50,964 nt of DNA from Candidatus Poseidoniales archaeon (GTDB lineage: Archaea; Thermoplasmatota; Poseidoniia; Poseidoniales; Poseidoniaceae): contig QXYA01000101.1 in the NCBI GenBank assembly GCA_009887135.1, positions 1-50,964 on the forward strand, written 5' to 3'. Made by a program: the position numbers and the translations under genes. The stretch's first letter is position 1; each line of letters opens with the position of its first letter. Below are positions 29,309-38,166 of the stretch, piece after piece. The notes under the pieces are model-generated. The model saw only the letters and a list, made by a program, of their open reading frames with translations. It searched no databases and had not been told where the DNA came from.

Positions 29309-29427
29309 GTCACGTCACCTACTCGCGGCTCTTCCAACTCCTATTTGAACCATCGCTATTTCTGATGTGACATGGTGATTACACATTCATTAAGTGAGAT
29401 GCGCCCTTGCATTGGATTGGTGAGAGT

Positions 29428-30597
29428 TTGGATTACAAATCTACAGACGAACAAGACATGATTCGAGAAATGGTTCGAGACTTTGCCGAAACAGTTCTAG
29501 CTCCAACAATAGAACATCGAGATAAACATCAAATCCCTCCTTCAGAGGAATGGTCTCAATTCATCGAATACGGTCTCCAAGGTGTTACAATTCCCGAAGC
29601 GTATGGTGGTTCTCCAGTCGATGATATATCTGAATCGATCATTGTTGAAGAACTTGCAAGAGTAGATCCTTCATTCTCAGTCATGTACTGTGTTCACGTA
29701 GGCCTCTGTGCTAAGACGATAGCACTCCATGGTGATGAATATCAAAAAGAGAACTACCTCAAAAGACTTGCAGCAGGCGATGTTGGTGCTTACTCACTTT
29801 CAGAAGCTGGAGCGGGTACTGATGCAGCAGCCATGACCTGCAAGGCAAAACTTTCCGATGATGGAACACACTACATTCTGAACGGTGAGAAGATGTGGGT
29901 CACGAATGGAGCACAAGCTGAAATCATCGTTCTGTTTGCAAAAGATGTCGATCATCCCGACTATGGTGTCAAGAAACATGGAGGAACAACTGCCTTTATT
30001 GTTGACTCTTCTTTCGAAGGTTTCACTGTTGGTAAAAAGGAAGATAAACTCGGAATCCGTTCGTCTGATACCTGTACGCTTATTCTTGACAACTGCAAGG
30101 TTCCTGTAGAAAATGTATTGAAAGGGGCTGGAAATGGATTCCCAATCGCCATGAATGCATTGGACAACTCTCGAATCGGTATTGCTGCACAAGCCCTTGG
30201 AATTGCTCAAGGAGCCTACGAAGCATCGCTTCGCTATGCTCACGAAAGAGAGGCTTTTGGTAAACCAATCGCACATCATCAGATGATTATGGGCTATCTT
30301 GCTGATATGGCTACAAAGATTGAGGCTTCACGTCATCTCGTTTACAAAGCCTCCTGGTCAAAGCAACAACACTACGAGCACGGGGGCCCACGCCATTCGA
30401 AAGAAGCGAGCATGGCGAAACTGTATGCGGGAGATACTGCGATGTGGGTTTCAGAACGAGCGATACAGATTCACGGTGGATACGGATATACCAAAGAATT
30501 CCCTGTAGAGCGATTTTTCCGTGATGCAAAAATTACACAGATCTACGAAGGAACTCAAGAAGTTCAACGTATTGTTATTGCACGAAGTCTTCTCTGA
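29428..30597 (+). CDS. Acyl-CoA dehydrogenase (short/branched-chain, butyryl-CoA DH-like)
   Basis: 'SLSEAGAGTD', 'LNGEKMWVTNG', 'KLGIRSS.T', 'R.AFGKPI', 'QIHGGYGY', 'IYEGTQEVQR'. TTG start at 29428 after GGTGA RBS. Confidence 0.93.
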   Translation: MDYKSTDEQDMIREMVRDFAETVLAPTIEHRDKHQIPPSEEWSQFIEYGLQGVTIPEAYGGSPVDDISESIIVEELARVDPSFSVMYCVHVGLCAKTIALHGDEYQKENYLKRLAAGDVGAYSLSEAGAGTDAAAMTCKAKLSDDGTHYILNGEKMWVTNGAQAEIIVLFAKDVDHPDYGVKKHGGTTAFIVDSSFEGFTVGKKEDKLGIRSSDTCTLILDNCKVPVENVLKGAGNGFPIAMNALDNSRIGIAAQALGIAQGAYEASLRYAHEREAFGKPIAHHQMIMGYLADMATKIEASRHLVYKASWSKQQHYEHGGPRHSKEASMAKLYAGDTAMWVSERAIQIHGGYGYTKEFPVERFFRDAKITQIYEGTQEVQRIVIARSLL

Positions 30598-31572
30598 TCA
30601 GTTGTACTCATACGAGTGTACAGAGAAAATGGGACGTTTTCTACCGATGTTCCAGTTCGCAATATGAGCATTGATTTCAACAATATGATTCATTTGAAAA
30701 CTGCTCACAGAGTCGTTTGCTTCGGGTTGGAAAAGAAGTTCGATTTCCACTGAATTATCCTCTACAAGTGTTCCAATAATGGTTTTTCCATTCTTAAAAG
30801 ACTGAGGGGCAATGATGGTCGACTCAATCTTTTCAATCTTGACTGAAAAGTGATGATTATTTGTCGTTTTTTCCACAGCATCTCTTATCTCACTGCTTAA
30901 TTTCATGGAATTCAAGGCTTCGATTATTTCCAGAGGATTATTTTGAGGAGTTGTTGCTGGAACTGGATTTTTAACTTCAACGACTTCTTTGGTTTCTTCC
31001 ATCACTTCGTTTACAACGACCTCGGGAACTTCTTCTAATTCGATATCAATTTCTTGCATTGACTTCTCAAGTTCTTGTTCAGCGATAATTTGAGCAGCCT
31101 CTTGTTCAGCAGCCAATCGGGTGGCCTTTTGTTCAGCAGCCAATCGTGTGACCTCTTGTTCAGCGGCAAATCGAGCAGCCTCCTCTTCTGCAGTAATTCG
31201 AGCAGTCTCAGCAGGGTCTGGGATTCCGAGAGGTAATCCAATCTGCTCAAAATAGGTGAATAAATCGCCAACTGTAACCGTTTTGTCATTATCAGAATCA
31301 AGAAGCGTCAGTAAGCCATTGATAACCCAAGCAGGAGGTGATGTTCCAGTTGTCTTTTCCAATGCAGCAGAGAGTTCATGAGGTTGAATCACAGCGTCGT
31401 TATTTGAATCAATTGTGTTTGCAATCTCTGCTCCAGTCAGTCCTGATCCAAGTAACCAACTTGTGAATTGTTCATTCAATTGCCCGATCATTGGGTTCGT
31501 AGAAACCATTTGTTTGATGTGATTACGCATTTTTTCTTGAACCATATTCTTAGCAGCAGACATAGTACTCAT
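30598..31572 (-). CDS. Hypothetical protein with two EF-hand-like loops, a 9-aa tandem-repeat helix and a C-terminal beta domain
   Basis: 'DSNNDAVIQPHE' and 'DSDNDKTVTVGD' loops; (A)AEQ(E/K)xxR repeats. Confidence 0.65.
   Translation of the reverse strand: MSTMSAAKNMVQEKMRNHIKQMVSTNPMIGQLNEQFTSWLLGSGLTGAEIANTIDSNNDAVIQPHELSAALEKTTGTSPPAWVINGLLTLLDSDNDKTVTVGDLFTYFEQIGLPLGIPDPAETARITAEEEAARFAAEQEVTRLAAEQKATRLAAEQEAAQIIAEQELEKSMQEIDIELEEVPEVVVNEVMEETKEVVEVKNPVPATTPQNNPLEIIEALNSMKLSSEIRDAVEKTTNNHHFSVKIEKIESTIIAPQSFKNGKTIIGTLVEDNSVEIELLFQPEANDSVSSFQMNHIVEINAHIANWNIGRKRPIFSVHSYEYN
31075..31209 (-). repeat. Intragenic 27-bp tandem repeat (about 5 degenerate copies)
   Basis: TTGTTCAGC recurs at 31075, 31102, 31129 and 31156 (exact 27-bp period), with a degenerate fifth copy at ~31183. 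Confidence 0.85.
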
Positions 31573-31607
31573 TCACCCCATTTCGTCGTATGGTATCAAA
31601 CTGCCTC

Positions 31608-32918
31608 CTACGGGAATTGAAGTTTTGGCCAATGAGTGAACTCGTCCTCATGCCAGGATAAGGTGCATAGAAGGGTTTCAATTTGATCTAGGTCAGTTAG
31701 ATTCCGAGCAATCTGTTCACGATGCAACCAGTTCTTCAGTGCCCCGAGTTTTGGACCTTGTTGCACATGGGTTTGAGACATTATCCATTCACCTGTGGCT
31801 AAGGATTTGGATGTTCGGCTTGTAACCAAGGCTTCGTTCCGAGAAATACGTTCCTGAATGTCTTCCTTGGAATGTCCACCTTGATTTAATGGTGCGAAAA
31901 GGGCTTCAATTCGAAGATGTTGCTCTGCCCAATCTCCTAGAACATGTCTGTGAATACGCAAACTTGAATCCAAGAGTTCTGGAATATGGCCTAAGCAGAG
32001 GTGACGGAAGATGAGTGTTTTCTTTTCCAGATTGCTGAGTTTGAGAGTTCTGGCTGCGTCCTCACAGGTTGTAATGGGTGTGCCACGGAAGAGTATGACA
32101 AGCCTATCGAGTACATCATCACCTTCAAGCAAGTCGAGTGAAGAAATTCGATAATCATCTAACATCCAGTCGAAATTAAAGATTTGTCGAAGGATACCAT
32201 CATCAGCCATTTGTTGAAGTATTATCGAAGCGTTTTTTCCTATGAGGATGCGTTTTAATTCTGCCCAAACTCTTTCAACAGCTATCTTTGAAAGCATACT
32301 TCTTGTCGACCTTAAAGCATTGGCTAGGCCATGTTCAGGTTTCCAAACACCTGCATCACCTTGATCCATGAAACGATACGTTCGTAGAATTCGTAATGCA
32401 TCTTCAGAAAGTCTTGATTTTGGTTCACCTACTGCGCATATCCGTTTTCTTTGCAGGTCTTCAAAGCCCCCATAAGGGTCATAATAAACGGCTTTGTTGA
32501 CATCTAAAGCCATCGAATTCATGGAGAGATCTCTGCGAGATAAATCAACAGAAAGAGAAAGTCCCCATTCAACTTCATCCGGTCGCCTTCCATCACCATA
32601 TCCTTTCTCAGTTCTAAGCGTAGTAATCTCATAAAAATCACCTTCTGAACGAAATGTGATCGTACCAAATTTCTCACCAGTAGGGATCATTTCAGGATAT
32701 GTCTTCATCTTATCAGGAACCATTGTGGTTGCTAAATCATATTCAACAATGGGTATCTCAAGCAATGCGTTTCGTATTGCTCCACCAACAATCCAAACAG
32801 AATGACCTTGTTTTTCAAACCAATCAACAATCACCAACAGGCTCGATGGAAGGTTTTGAACCATCTGAATAAGTTCTGGAGTGAGAGGTTTTGCATCAAT
32901 GCCACTTGTCGGTTCCAC
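31608..32918 (-). CDS. cca: tRNA nucleotidyltransferase (CCA-adding enzyme), class II bacterial-type
   Basis: 'WIVGGAIRN', 'EYDLAT', 'GEKFGT', 'EITTLRTE..Y.DGRRP', 'DLSRRDLSMNSMA', 'EDALRILR..RF', 'ERVWAEL'. Confidence 0.85.
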   Translation of the reverse strand: MEPTSGIDAKPLTPELIQMVQNLPSSLLVIVDWFEKQGHSVWIVGGAIRNALLEIPIVEYDLATTMVPDKMKTYPEMIPTGEKFGTITFRSEGDFYEITTLRTEKGYGDGRRPDEVEWGLSLSVDLSRRDLSMNSMALDVNKAVYYDPYGGFEDLQRKRICAVGEPKSRLSEDALRILRTYRFMDQGDAGVWKPEHGLANALRSTRSMLSKIAVERVWAELKRILIGKNASIILQQMADDGILRQIFNFDWMLDDYRISSLDLLEGDDVLDRLVILFRGTPITTCEDAARTLKLSNLEKKTLIFRHLCLGHIPELLDSSLRIHRHVLGDWAEQHLRIEALFAPLNQGGHSKEDIQERISRNEALVTSRTSKSLATGEWIMSQTHVQQGPKLGALKNWLHREQIARNLTDLDQIETLLCTLSWHEDEFTHWPKLQFP

Positions 32919-32988
32919 ACATCTCCCTCATGTTACCCGTTGCTCAAGTAAGAAAAAGCATTATCCTCTGAATTTGATTGGCAATGTC

Positions 32989-33432
32989 ATGGCTTGGGAT
33001 GAATCTGATGTGCGACTTGTTCCTCTCGAGTGGCTCAAACCTCACGAAGAAATCAAAATTAAAAACATGAAAAAGCTTCTCGATATGACTCTTCGATGGA
33101 ATGGATTCACAAAACCCCTAATCGTTGACAAAGCAACTGGAGTAATTCTTGATGGCCATCATCGACACGCTGTTGCAATGCGACTTGAACTTGCTCGAAT
33201 ACCTGTGATTGTTGTCGATTACTTTGAGAATGAATCAATCGACATTGAGTTGTGGCCAGCTTCAGAGCTCGAAGAAATCACCAAACAGGACGTCATAGAC
33301 ATGGCTTTGTCAGATCATTTGTATCCACCAAAAACAACACGTCATCGGATTGCAGATTATTTACCACCAATCCATGTTTCTCTGGAACGGTTGTCTCTTC
33401 TCAGTCCTACGACTTCTGAAGAGTCCGAGTAG
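32989..33432 (+). CDS. Stand-alone ParB/sulfiredoxin-fold protein, SerK/SbnI-like
   Basis: 'LKPHEE', 'KPLIVD', 'ILDGHHR', 'IPVIVVDY', 'ITKQDV', 'YPPKTTRH'; no HTH. Start reassigned to ATG 32989. Confidence 0.75.
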   Translation: MAWDESDVRLVPLEWLKPHEEIKIKNMKKLLDMTLRWNGFTKPLIVDKATGVILDGHHRHAVAMRLELARIPVIVVDYFENESIDIELWPASELEEITKQDVIDMALSDHLYPPKTTRHRIADYLPPIHVSLERLSLLSPTTSEESE

Positions 33433-35242
33433 TCGCTTTCCAGAATCGGTTTCCGTCACAAGCAGAAACAGTTGGGGATTTCGGCTCATTTATTGGAGTC
33501 ACGTTTACTTCTTGAATGATTGAACTTCGCGAATAAAGGATGGTAATCTCTTCCTCAGCATTGCCTTTAAGTGCAGTTTTTAGTTGTTCAGAAGAGGTAA
33601 TTCGCTGATCATTTATTGCAATGACTTCGTCTCCAACTTGTAAATGCTCGCGCACGGGTGATCCTTGGAGATGTGATGATACAAGCAGCTTGTTGTTTTG
33701 ATTACGTAAGTTAATTCCAAGCCAACCTTGTTCAAATTCCTTCCATGCAATTTTCTCAGTTCCATCTTTACGCTCTCTTGCTTTACTTGATTCATATGGA
33801 ATACCAAAAAGAGCGAATGCTTGATCTAAATCTAGGACTCCTTTTTTGGTGGTAAGTTCGTCAAGGAAGGTGCCAAGTCTTCTCCCCCCTCGTAGCGATG
33901 TCAAGGCTTTTCGGATATCCCTGTATTGTATTCCTCTATCACCTTTCTGCTCCACATTAATATTGTGCTTATGATAGAGTTCTGCCATGAGATCACAGAC
34001 TCCTGATTCTCCATTTGACCTCTTACGAAGTTCTGCATCAAGTGCAAAGATAGATAATTCGCCTTCTAAGTAGTATGAAATTTGAGTCTCTCTCGAGTAG
34101 GCATGCCCTCTATAGAGGTGTATCCATGCTTCATGACTTGCTTCACAAAGTGATTGAGAATCAATTCCACTTCGGGAATGATGTCGTTTTAGTTTCCTTT
34201 TCATGTCTGCAAAATAATCCTCTTTACTCCATGCACCGCTTTGCAAACAGATAATGTCTCCAAGCCATGATGTCGTACCTTCAAACCACCATAAGAGGTC
34301 AGAGTTGACTTCTCGCTGAAGATCATAATCAAGGAATTTCTTTGGTCTCAATCGCTTTACGTTCCACTTGTGTAAATATTCGTGGCTAAAGAGACTCACT
34401 AAATCTCTATATTCTTCGATATTACCTGGTTGCAATGAAGTTCTTGGAACCATTGAGGTTTGAGAGTTCATGTGTTCAAGTCCTCCGCGTGGTCCACCCG
34501 TCAAATGTAAAATCGTGTGATAGTCCTCTTCAATGATGCCAAATAATGCATGATGCTCCTTGACGATCCTCTTCATGTCATGAATAAATCGTTCCACCAT
34601 GACTGGATGTGGTTCTTTTCCACCAGCGTCCCAAATATCAAGTGTATGTCTTATTCCATCGATGGTGGTTTCGATGACAGAATTTGAGTTACATTCTGCG
34701 ATTCCATCGAGTAAATCATCACGATTTTTTGCTGAATAGATATGAATATTCATGTCATTGTTTTCTTCCAGTTCAATCTTATCGAGTTGAGTCGTAACCG
34801 TCCAACTTTTTGGAAGTTTGAATTGAATTGAATGCTGAAAGTTCATTCGTTCATCTTCTATGCCAGATGTCGGCAAAAACCAAGTAAAGGGAGGCATCAT
34901 ATGGAGATGTGACTCATCAAAATGATTGGAACGCACTGATAAATCTACAGCTAGGAGTTGATATTCCACAGTTACAGACTTGCAGGATTGTACATCTGAA
35001 ATAACAATTGAATCCACTTCTTTTCTCGAAAAAGTCAATGCATTTCCTGAATCATCACTGACTGATAAGTTGGTGACATGTTGAATTGGTTCGCGAAGGA
35101 AGTATGATCCGGGAACCCATCGAGGAAAGGAGAGTGTTAATTTTGACTTTGAAAACGGCGCTTGGATCTGTATTGCAACCTTGAGTCTCTGGTGAGAAGG
35201 CTGTGTCGCATCGACTGTGAAGGTGATACCTGACTCTGTCAT
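33407..35242 (-). CDS. M61 family glycyl aminopeptidase with C-terminal PDZ domain
   Basis: 'FPRWVPGSY', 'GGLEH..S', zinc motif 'HEYLHKWNVKRLRP', 'LWWFEGTTS', 'ISYY..G', PDZ 'GWLGI...GSP...LQVGDEVIAIND'. Confidence 0.9.
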   Translation of the reverse strand: MTESGITFTVDATQPSHQRLKVAIQIQAPFSKSKLTLSFPRWVPGSYFLREPIQHVTNLSVSDDSGNALTFSRKEVDSIVISDVQSCKSVTVEYQLLAVDLSVRSNHFDESHLHMMPPFTWFLPTSGIEDERMNFQHSIQFKLPKSWTVTTQLDKIELEENNDMNIHIYSAKNRDDLLDGIAECNSNSVIETTIDGIRHTLDIWDAGGKEPHPVMVERFIHDMKRIVKEHHALFGIIEEDYHTILHLTGGPRGGLEHMNSQTSMVPRTSLQPGNIEEYRDLVSLFSHEYLHKWNVKRLRPKKFLDYDLQREVNSDLLWWFEGTTSWLGDIICLQSGAWSKEDYFADMKRKLKRHHSRSGIDSQSLCEASHEAWIHLYRGHAYSRETQISYYLEGELSIFALDAELRKRSNGESGVCDLMAELYHKHNINVEQKGDRGIQYRDIRKALTSLRGGRRLGTFLDELTTKKGVLDLDQAFALFGIPYESSKARERKDGTEKIAWKEFEQGWLGINLRNQNNKLLVSSHLQGSPVREHLQVGDEVIAINDQRITSSEQLKTALKGNAEEEITILYSRSSIIQEVNVTPINEPKSPTVSACDGNRFWKATTRTLQKS

Positions 35243-36258
35243 GATGAGGGTTCATCGGTTACGGTTGATAGGTTTCGCGCTGCACTAAGAACAACTTCGT
35301 CAGAAGATTGGTCCAGAACTTTTCGTGCCAGTTCTTGGACAAGCACCTCATTTTGTCGATGTAAAATCCGTTCTAACATCCTCGACTTGTCGATACTGTC
35401 CACACGTTCATCGAACAGCAGGGTTTCGCGGAGGACATCACTTTTGGAATCATTCCTCCCAACAAGCCAGCGCGAGACTACTGAAGTACAATCCTCAGCA
35501 AGAAGTGTGTTTATTCGGTTGTCATCTGCTTCATGTATGTGCTCTCTCATACTCGCAACGAAGAATCTACGTTGGGAATTTGTGCACCCTTTAGCGAGAG
35601 AAATAAGGTGTTCACTCTCTTCTTTCATTGCTTTAGGGACTGCTAATTTCCATAGTGCAGTATCATTTGATATCGCTGTACTCAAGAGAGATTCTTCTTC
35701 TTTACTGAGGTTCATTTCAAGCATACGAATTCCTGCTTGCTTTCGAACATCGGGATGTGAGTCGTTGAGAGCATCTTGTAGGGATGGAATGTCATTAGTG
35801 ATGGCGAGAGAGGCCGACTTGATTACAGGATCCTTTGAACTCAGAAATATTTCTTCTTCTTCACTGCTTGAAAATTCATTGTCAATTAGATAGACTGAAG
35901 CATTTCTTTTCACGATTGAATCATCGCTTAGAAGTAAAAGGCGCGCTAATTCTTCTGCCAGTTTTAGATCCTGAATATTTCGTAAAACCGAGGAAACACA
36001 CTTATGACCATCGGTTTCTTTTCTTTTAGCCAATTCAATGAGCAGATGAGGGGCATGTTTAGGAGCCCATCTTCGATAGGCTTCGATGGCCTTATTTCTA
36101 AACCAGATATCTTTGTCATTGAGAAGTTTAGAAAAAGCCTCTACGCTTTCGTGAATATCTGAATCGAACAAGACACGTACAGCCCTTCTACGCTGGCGAA
36201 TGTCTTTGTGCTTAAGTTTAGCAATCGTAGACTGTACAGAGGCTGCCATGTATATCAC
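35239..36258 (-). CDS. HEAT-repeat (alpha-solenoid) protein
   Basis: Repeats such as 'LLNDKDIWFRNKA', 'SDDSIVKRNA', 'SKDPVIKSA' and 'LNDSHPDVRKQA'. Confidence 0.72.
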   Translation of the reverse strand: MIYMAASVQSTIAKLKHKDIRQRRRAVRVLFDSDIHESVEAFSKLLNDKDIWFRNKAIEAYRRWAPKHAPHLLIELAKRKETDGHKCVSSVLRNIQDLKLAEELARLLLLSDDSIVKRNASVYLIDNEFSSSEEEEIFLSSKDPVIKSASLAITNDIPSLQDALNDSHPDVRKQAGIRMLEMNLSKEEESLLSTAISNDTALWKLAVPKAMKEESEHLISLAKGCTNSQRRFFVASMREHIHEADDNRINTLLAEDCTSVVSRWLVGRNDSKSDVLRETLLFDERVDSIDKSRMLERILHRQNEVLVQELARKVLDQSSDEVVLSAARNLSTVTDEPSS

Positions 36259-37215
36259 TCAGGGCTTAAATTCATCAAAAGTTGGTCCAGAAGGTTGATC
36301 ATCGCCATCAATATCACCTGGTCTGGCAAGCGATGGCGCTAACATCAACTGAATCATGGGCCATAGATGGACAAATTGTTGCATATTTTCAACAATAAAT
36401 TCTTCCAACCTTTCATGTTCAGTGTGCTCCATAAGACGAAGTTGGTCCGCTAATTCCCCGAGTGCATATAAATCATTAGGGCCGCACAATTCCATCTCTT
36501 GACAGGTTTCGATCAATGTTTCAATCAAATCAACAATTTCCAATGCCGTTAACGGCTGTGGTTCACTTTCGATGATATTAACTGGACCAAAAGAGACTGG
36601 TCCCAAGGAAGTGGGGTGTAGTTCGTCGCCTTGACGTTCGATTTTCATCAACTCTTGGTTTCTATGTTCGCCTATTGGAGCGATTACAAAGCCATTTTCC
36701 ACAATTCGTTCTTTCATCCATAGTGGGATATCTGGAATCCCTCCTGTTACTACGATGCGATTCAAATCACCTGGTGTTTCAATCGGAGCCACCTCGACCG
36801 CTTCGATTGTTCGTACGTCTATTGTTGGCCAACCAGAGAGGGCTTTTGCAGTATGGCGGATAATTTCTTCTGATGGGTCGAGTAAGAGTACTCGACCCTC
36901 TTCTCCAAGGATTGTGGCTATCAAAGCTGCTAGATATCCACCTTTCGAACCGAGAACAAGAACTTCTTGACCTTTCGATAATTCGAGTTGATGTAACAAT
37001 GTTACGATCATATGTGGTGCAGAAATGGTCTTAACACCACCGTTTTTTGTTTCCATAAAAACAACTGGCCGGTCGTGGAAAAAGCAATCGTAATCATAGG
37101 ATGTAAATTGCTCAAGGTGAAGTGAACACATCGCTTCTCGGACCTCTTCGGGTACGATCATCCCCGAATCTTCAATCCGATTGAGGAGTTCGTGTATCCC
37201 ATCCATGATAATCAC
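36259..37215 (-). CDS. pcm: Protein-L-isoaspartate O-methyltransferase-like protein with C-terminal extension
   Basis: 'TISAPHM' pre-motif, 'VLVLGSKGGYLAAL' motif I (degenerate), 'GFVIAPIG', 'GPVSFGP'. Confidence 0.7.
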   Translation of the reverse strand: MIIMDGIHELLNRIEDSGMIVPEEVREAMCSLHLEQFTSYDYDCFFHDRPVVFMETKNGGVKTISAPHMIVTLLHQLELSKGQEVLVLGSKGGYLAALIATILGEEGRVLLLDPSEEIIRHTAKALSGWPTIDVRTIEAVEVAPIETPGDLNRIVVTGGIPDIPLWMKERIVENGFVIAPIGEHRNQELMKIERQGDELHPTSLGPVSFGPVNIIESEPQPLTALEIVDLIETLIETCQEMELCGPNDLYALGELADQLRLMEHTEHERLEEFIVENMQQFVHLWPMIQLMLAPSLARPGDIDGDDQPSGPTFDEFKP

Positions 37216-37245
37216 ACCAATCTGTTACGTAAAAACATGAGGAGA

Positions 37246-38112
37246 CTAATCGATGTCGTTTCGAAGCTCATTTAGAATCTCTTCTGGATTTTTAGATGAG
37301 TCAATCTCATTGAATTCAACAGGATTCTGTTCGAGTTCAAGTTCAATGTTATCTTTCATTCTTTGAATAAGTGATTCGAAACCTTCTGTTGTCATCCCTG
37401 TATCTTGCATATCTATCTCCATGCTAAGAACGATGCTTCGTGCATCTTCGGGACTCAAGCGGACATCGGTCATAGAAGAAAAAATATCATCCATCAGAAT
37501 CCCTTCTATTTTCGTTAGATGCTCGGATACAGTTGCTCTTGCTAAACCCATTTGTTCTGATAGTTCAGTAATCTTGATTCTTTTTGGAAGGTCATAATAG
37601 CCATTATCATAAGCGAATTTGGCGAGTTTCAGTTGCTTTTCAGAGAGGATCGTTTCGTATTTCTGAGGTGTAAGATTTAGGTTCCTTGCACTTGTACGAT
37701 CAGGTTTCGACATTAAGCGCATAACTCCAGACATGAGTCTTAACTTCAACGAAGGTCCTTGTATAATGTATGTGAGACCGCTTTCATCTAATCGTGAACC
37801 AGGCACTGCATAGGTGCCTTTTGTTCGAGCATTGAGGTTTGAAAGCGGATGAATTATTCTGCAGATTATGAGATGCCCTTCTTCTGGTTTTGTGGATTCA
37901 TGCATCACGTCGATTACCTCAAGGAAATCAAGTGAATCTATGTCAGAAATACTTACGCCTTCTTTAAGATGAAATTTCAATAAGCACTGGATGTCTTTTG
38001 GGGCTCTATTGATGTAAGAAAGGAATTCAATTCGTTCTGCAACATCGAGCAATGGAGCAATCTCAATTGCCCCCAAGCGGTCGCGTTTCCAGAAAAAACT
38101 AGCTTCCCGCAT
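37246..38112 (-). CDS. Transcriptional regulator with bacterio-opsin-activator-type HTH (HTH_10)
   Basis: 'LSEKQ....AYDNGYYDLPKRIKITELSEQMGLARATVSEHLTKIE' is the Bat/HTH_10 signature. Start ATG 38112. Confidence 0.85.
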   Translation of the reverse strand: MREASFFWKRDRLGAIEIAPLLDVAERIEFLSYINRAPKDIQCLLKFHLKEGVSISDIDSLDFLEVIDVMHESTKPEEGHLIICRIIHPLSNLNARTKGTYAVPGSRLDESGLTYIIQGPSLKLRLMSGVMRLMSKPDRTSARNLNLTPQKYETILSEKQLKLAKFAYDNGYYDLPKRIKITELSEQMGLARATVSEHLTKIEGILMDDIFSSMTDVRLSPEDARSIVLSMEIDMQDTGMTTEGFESLIQRMKDNIELELEQNPVEFNEIDSSKNPEEILNELRNDID

Positions 38113-38166
38113 GGATTTATCTAAGCACACTATGAATTAAGTGAATCGGCTATATCGGTTGATGTA

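Noticed and set aside
31075-31209. 27-bp periodic repeats as a CRISPR array
   Set aside because: Contiguous in-frame coding repeats without unique spacers.
32989-33432. True chromosome-partitioning ParB binding the palindrome array
   Set aside because: No HTH or dimerisation domain, no parA nearby, and the motifs match SerK-type enzymes better.
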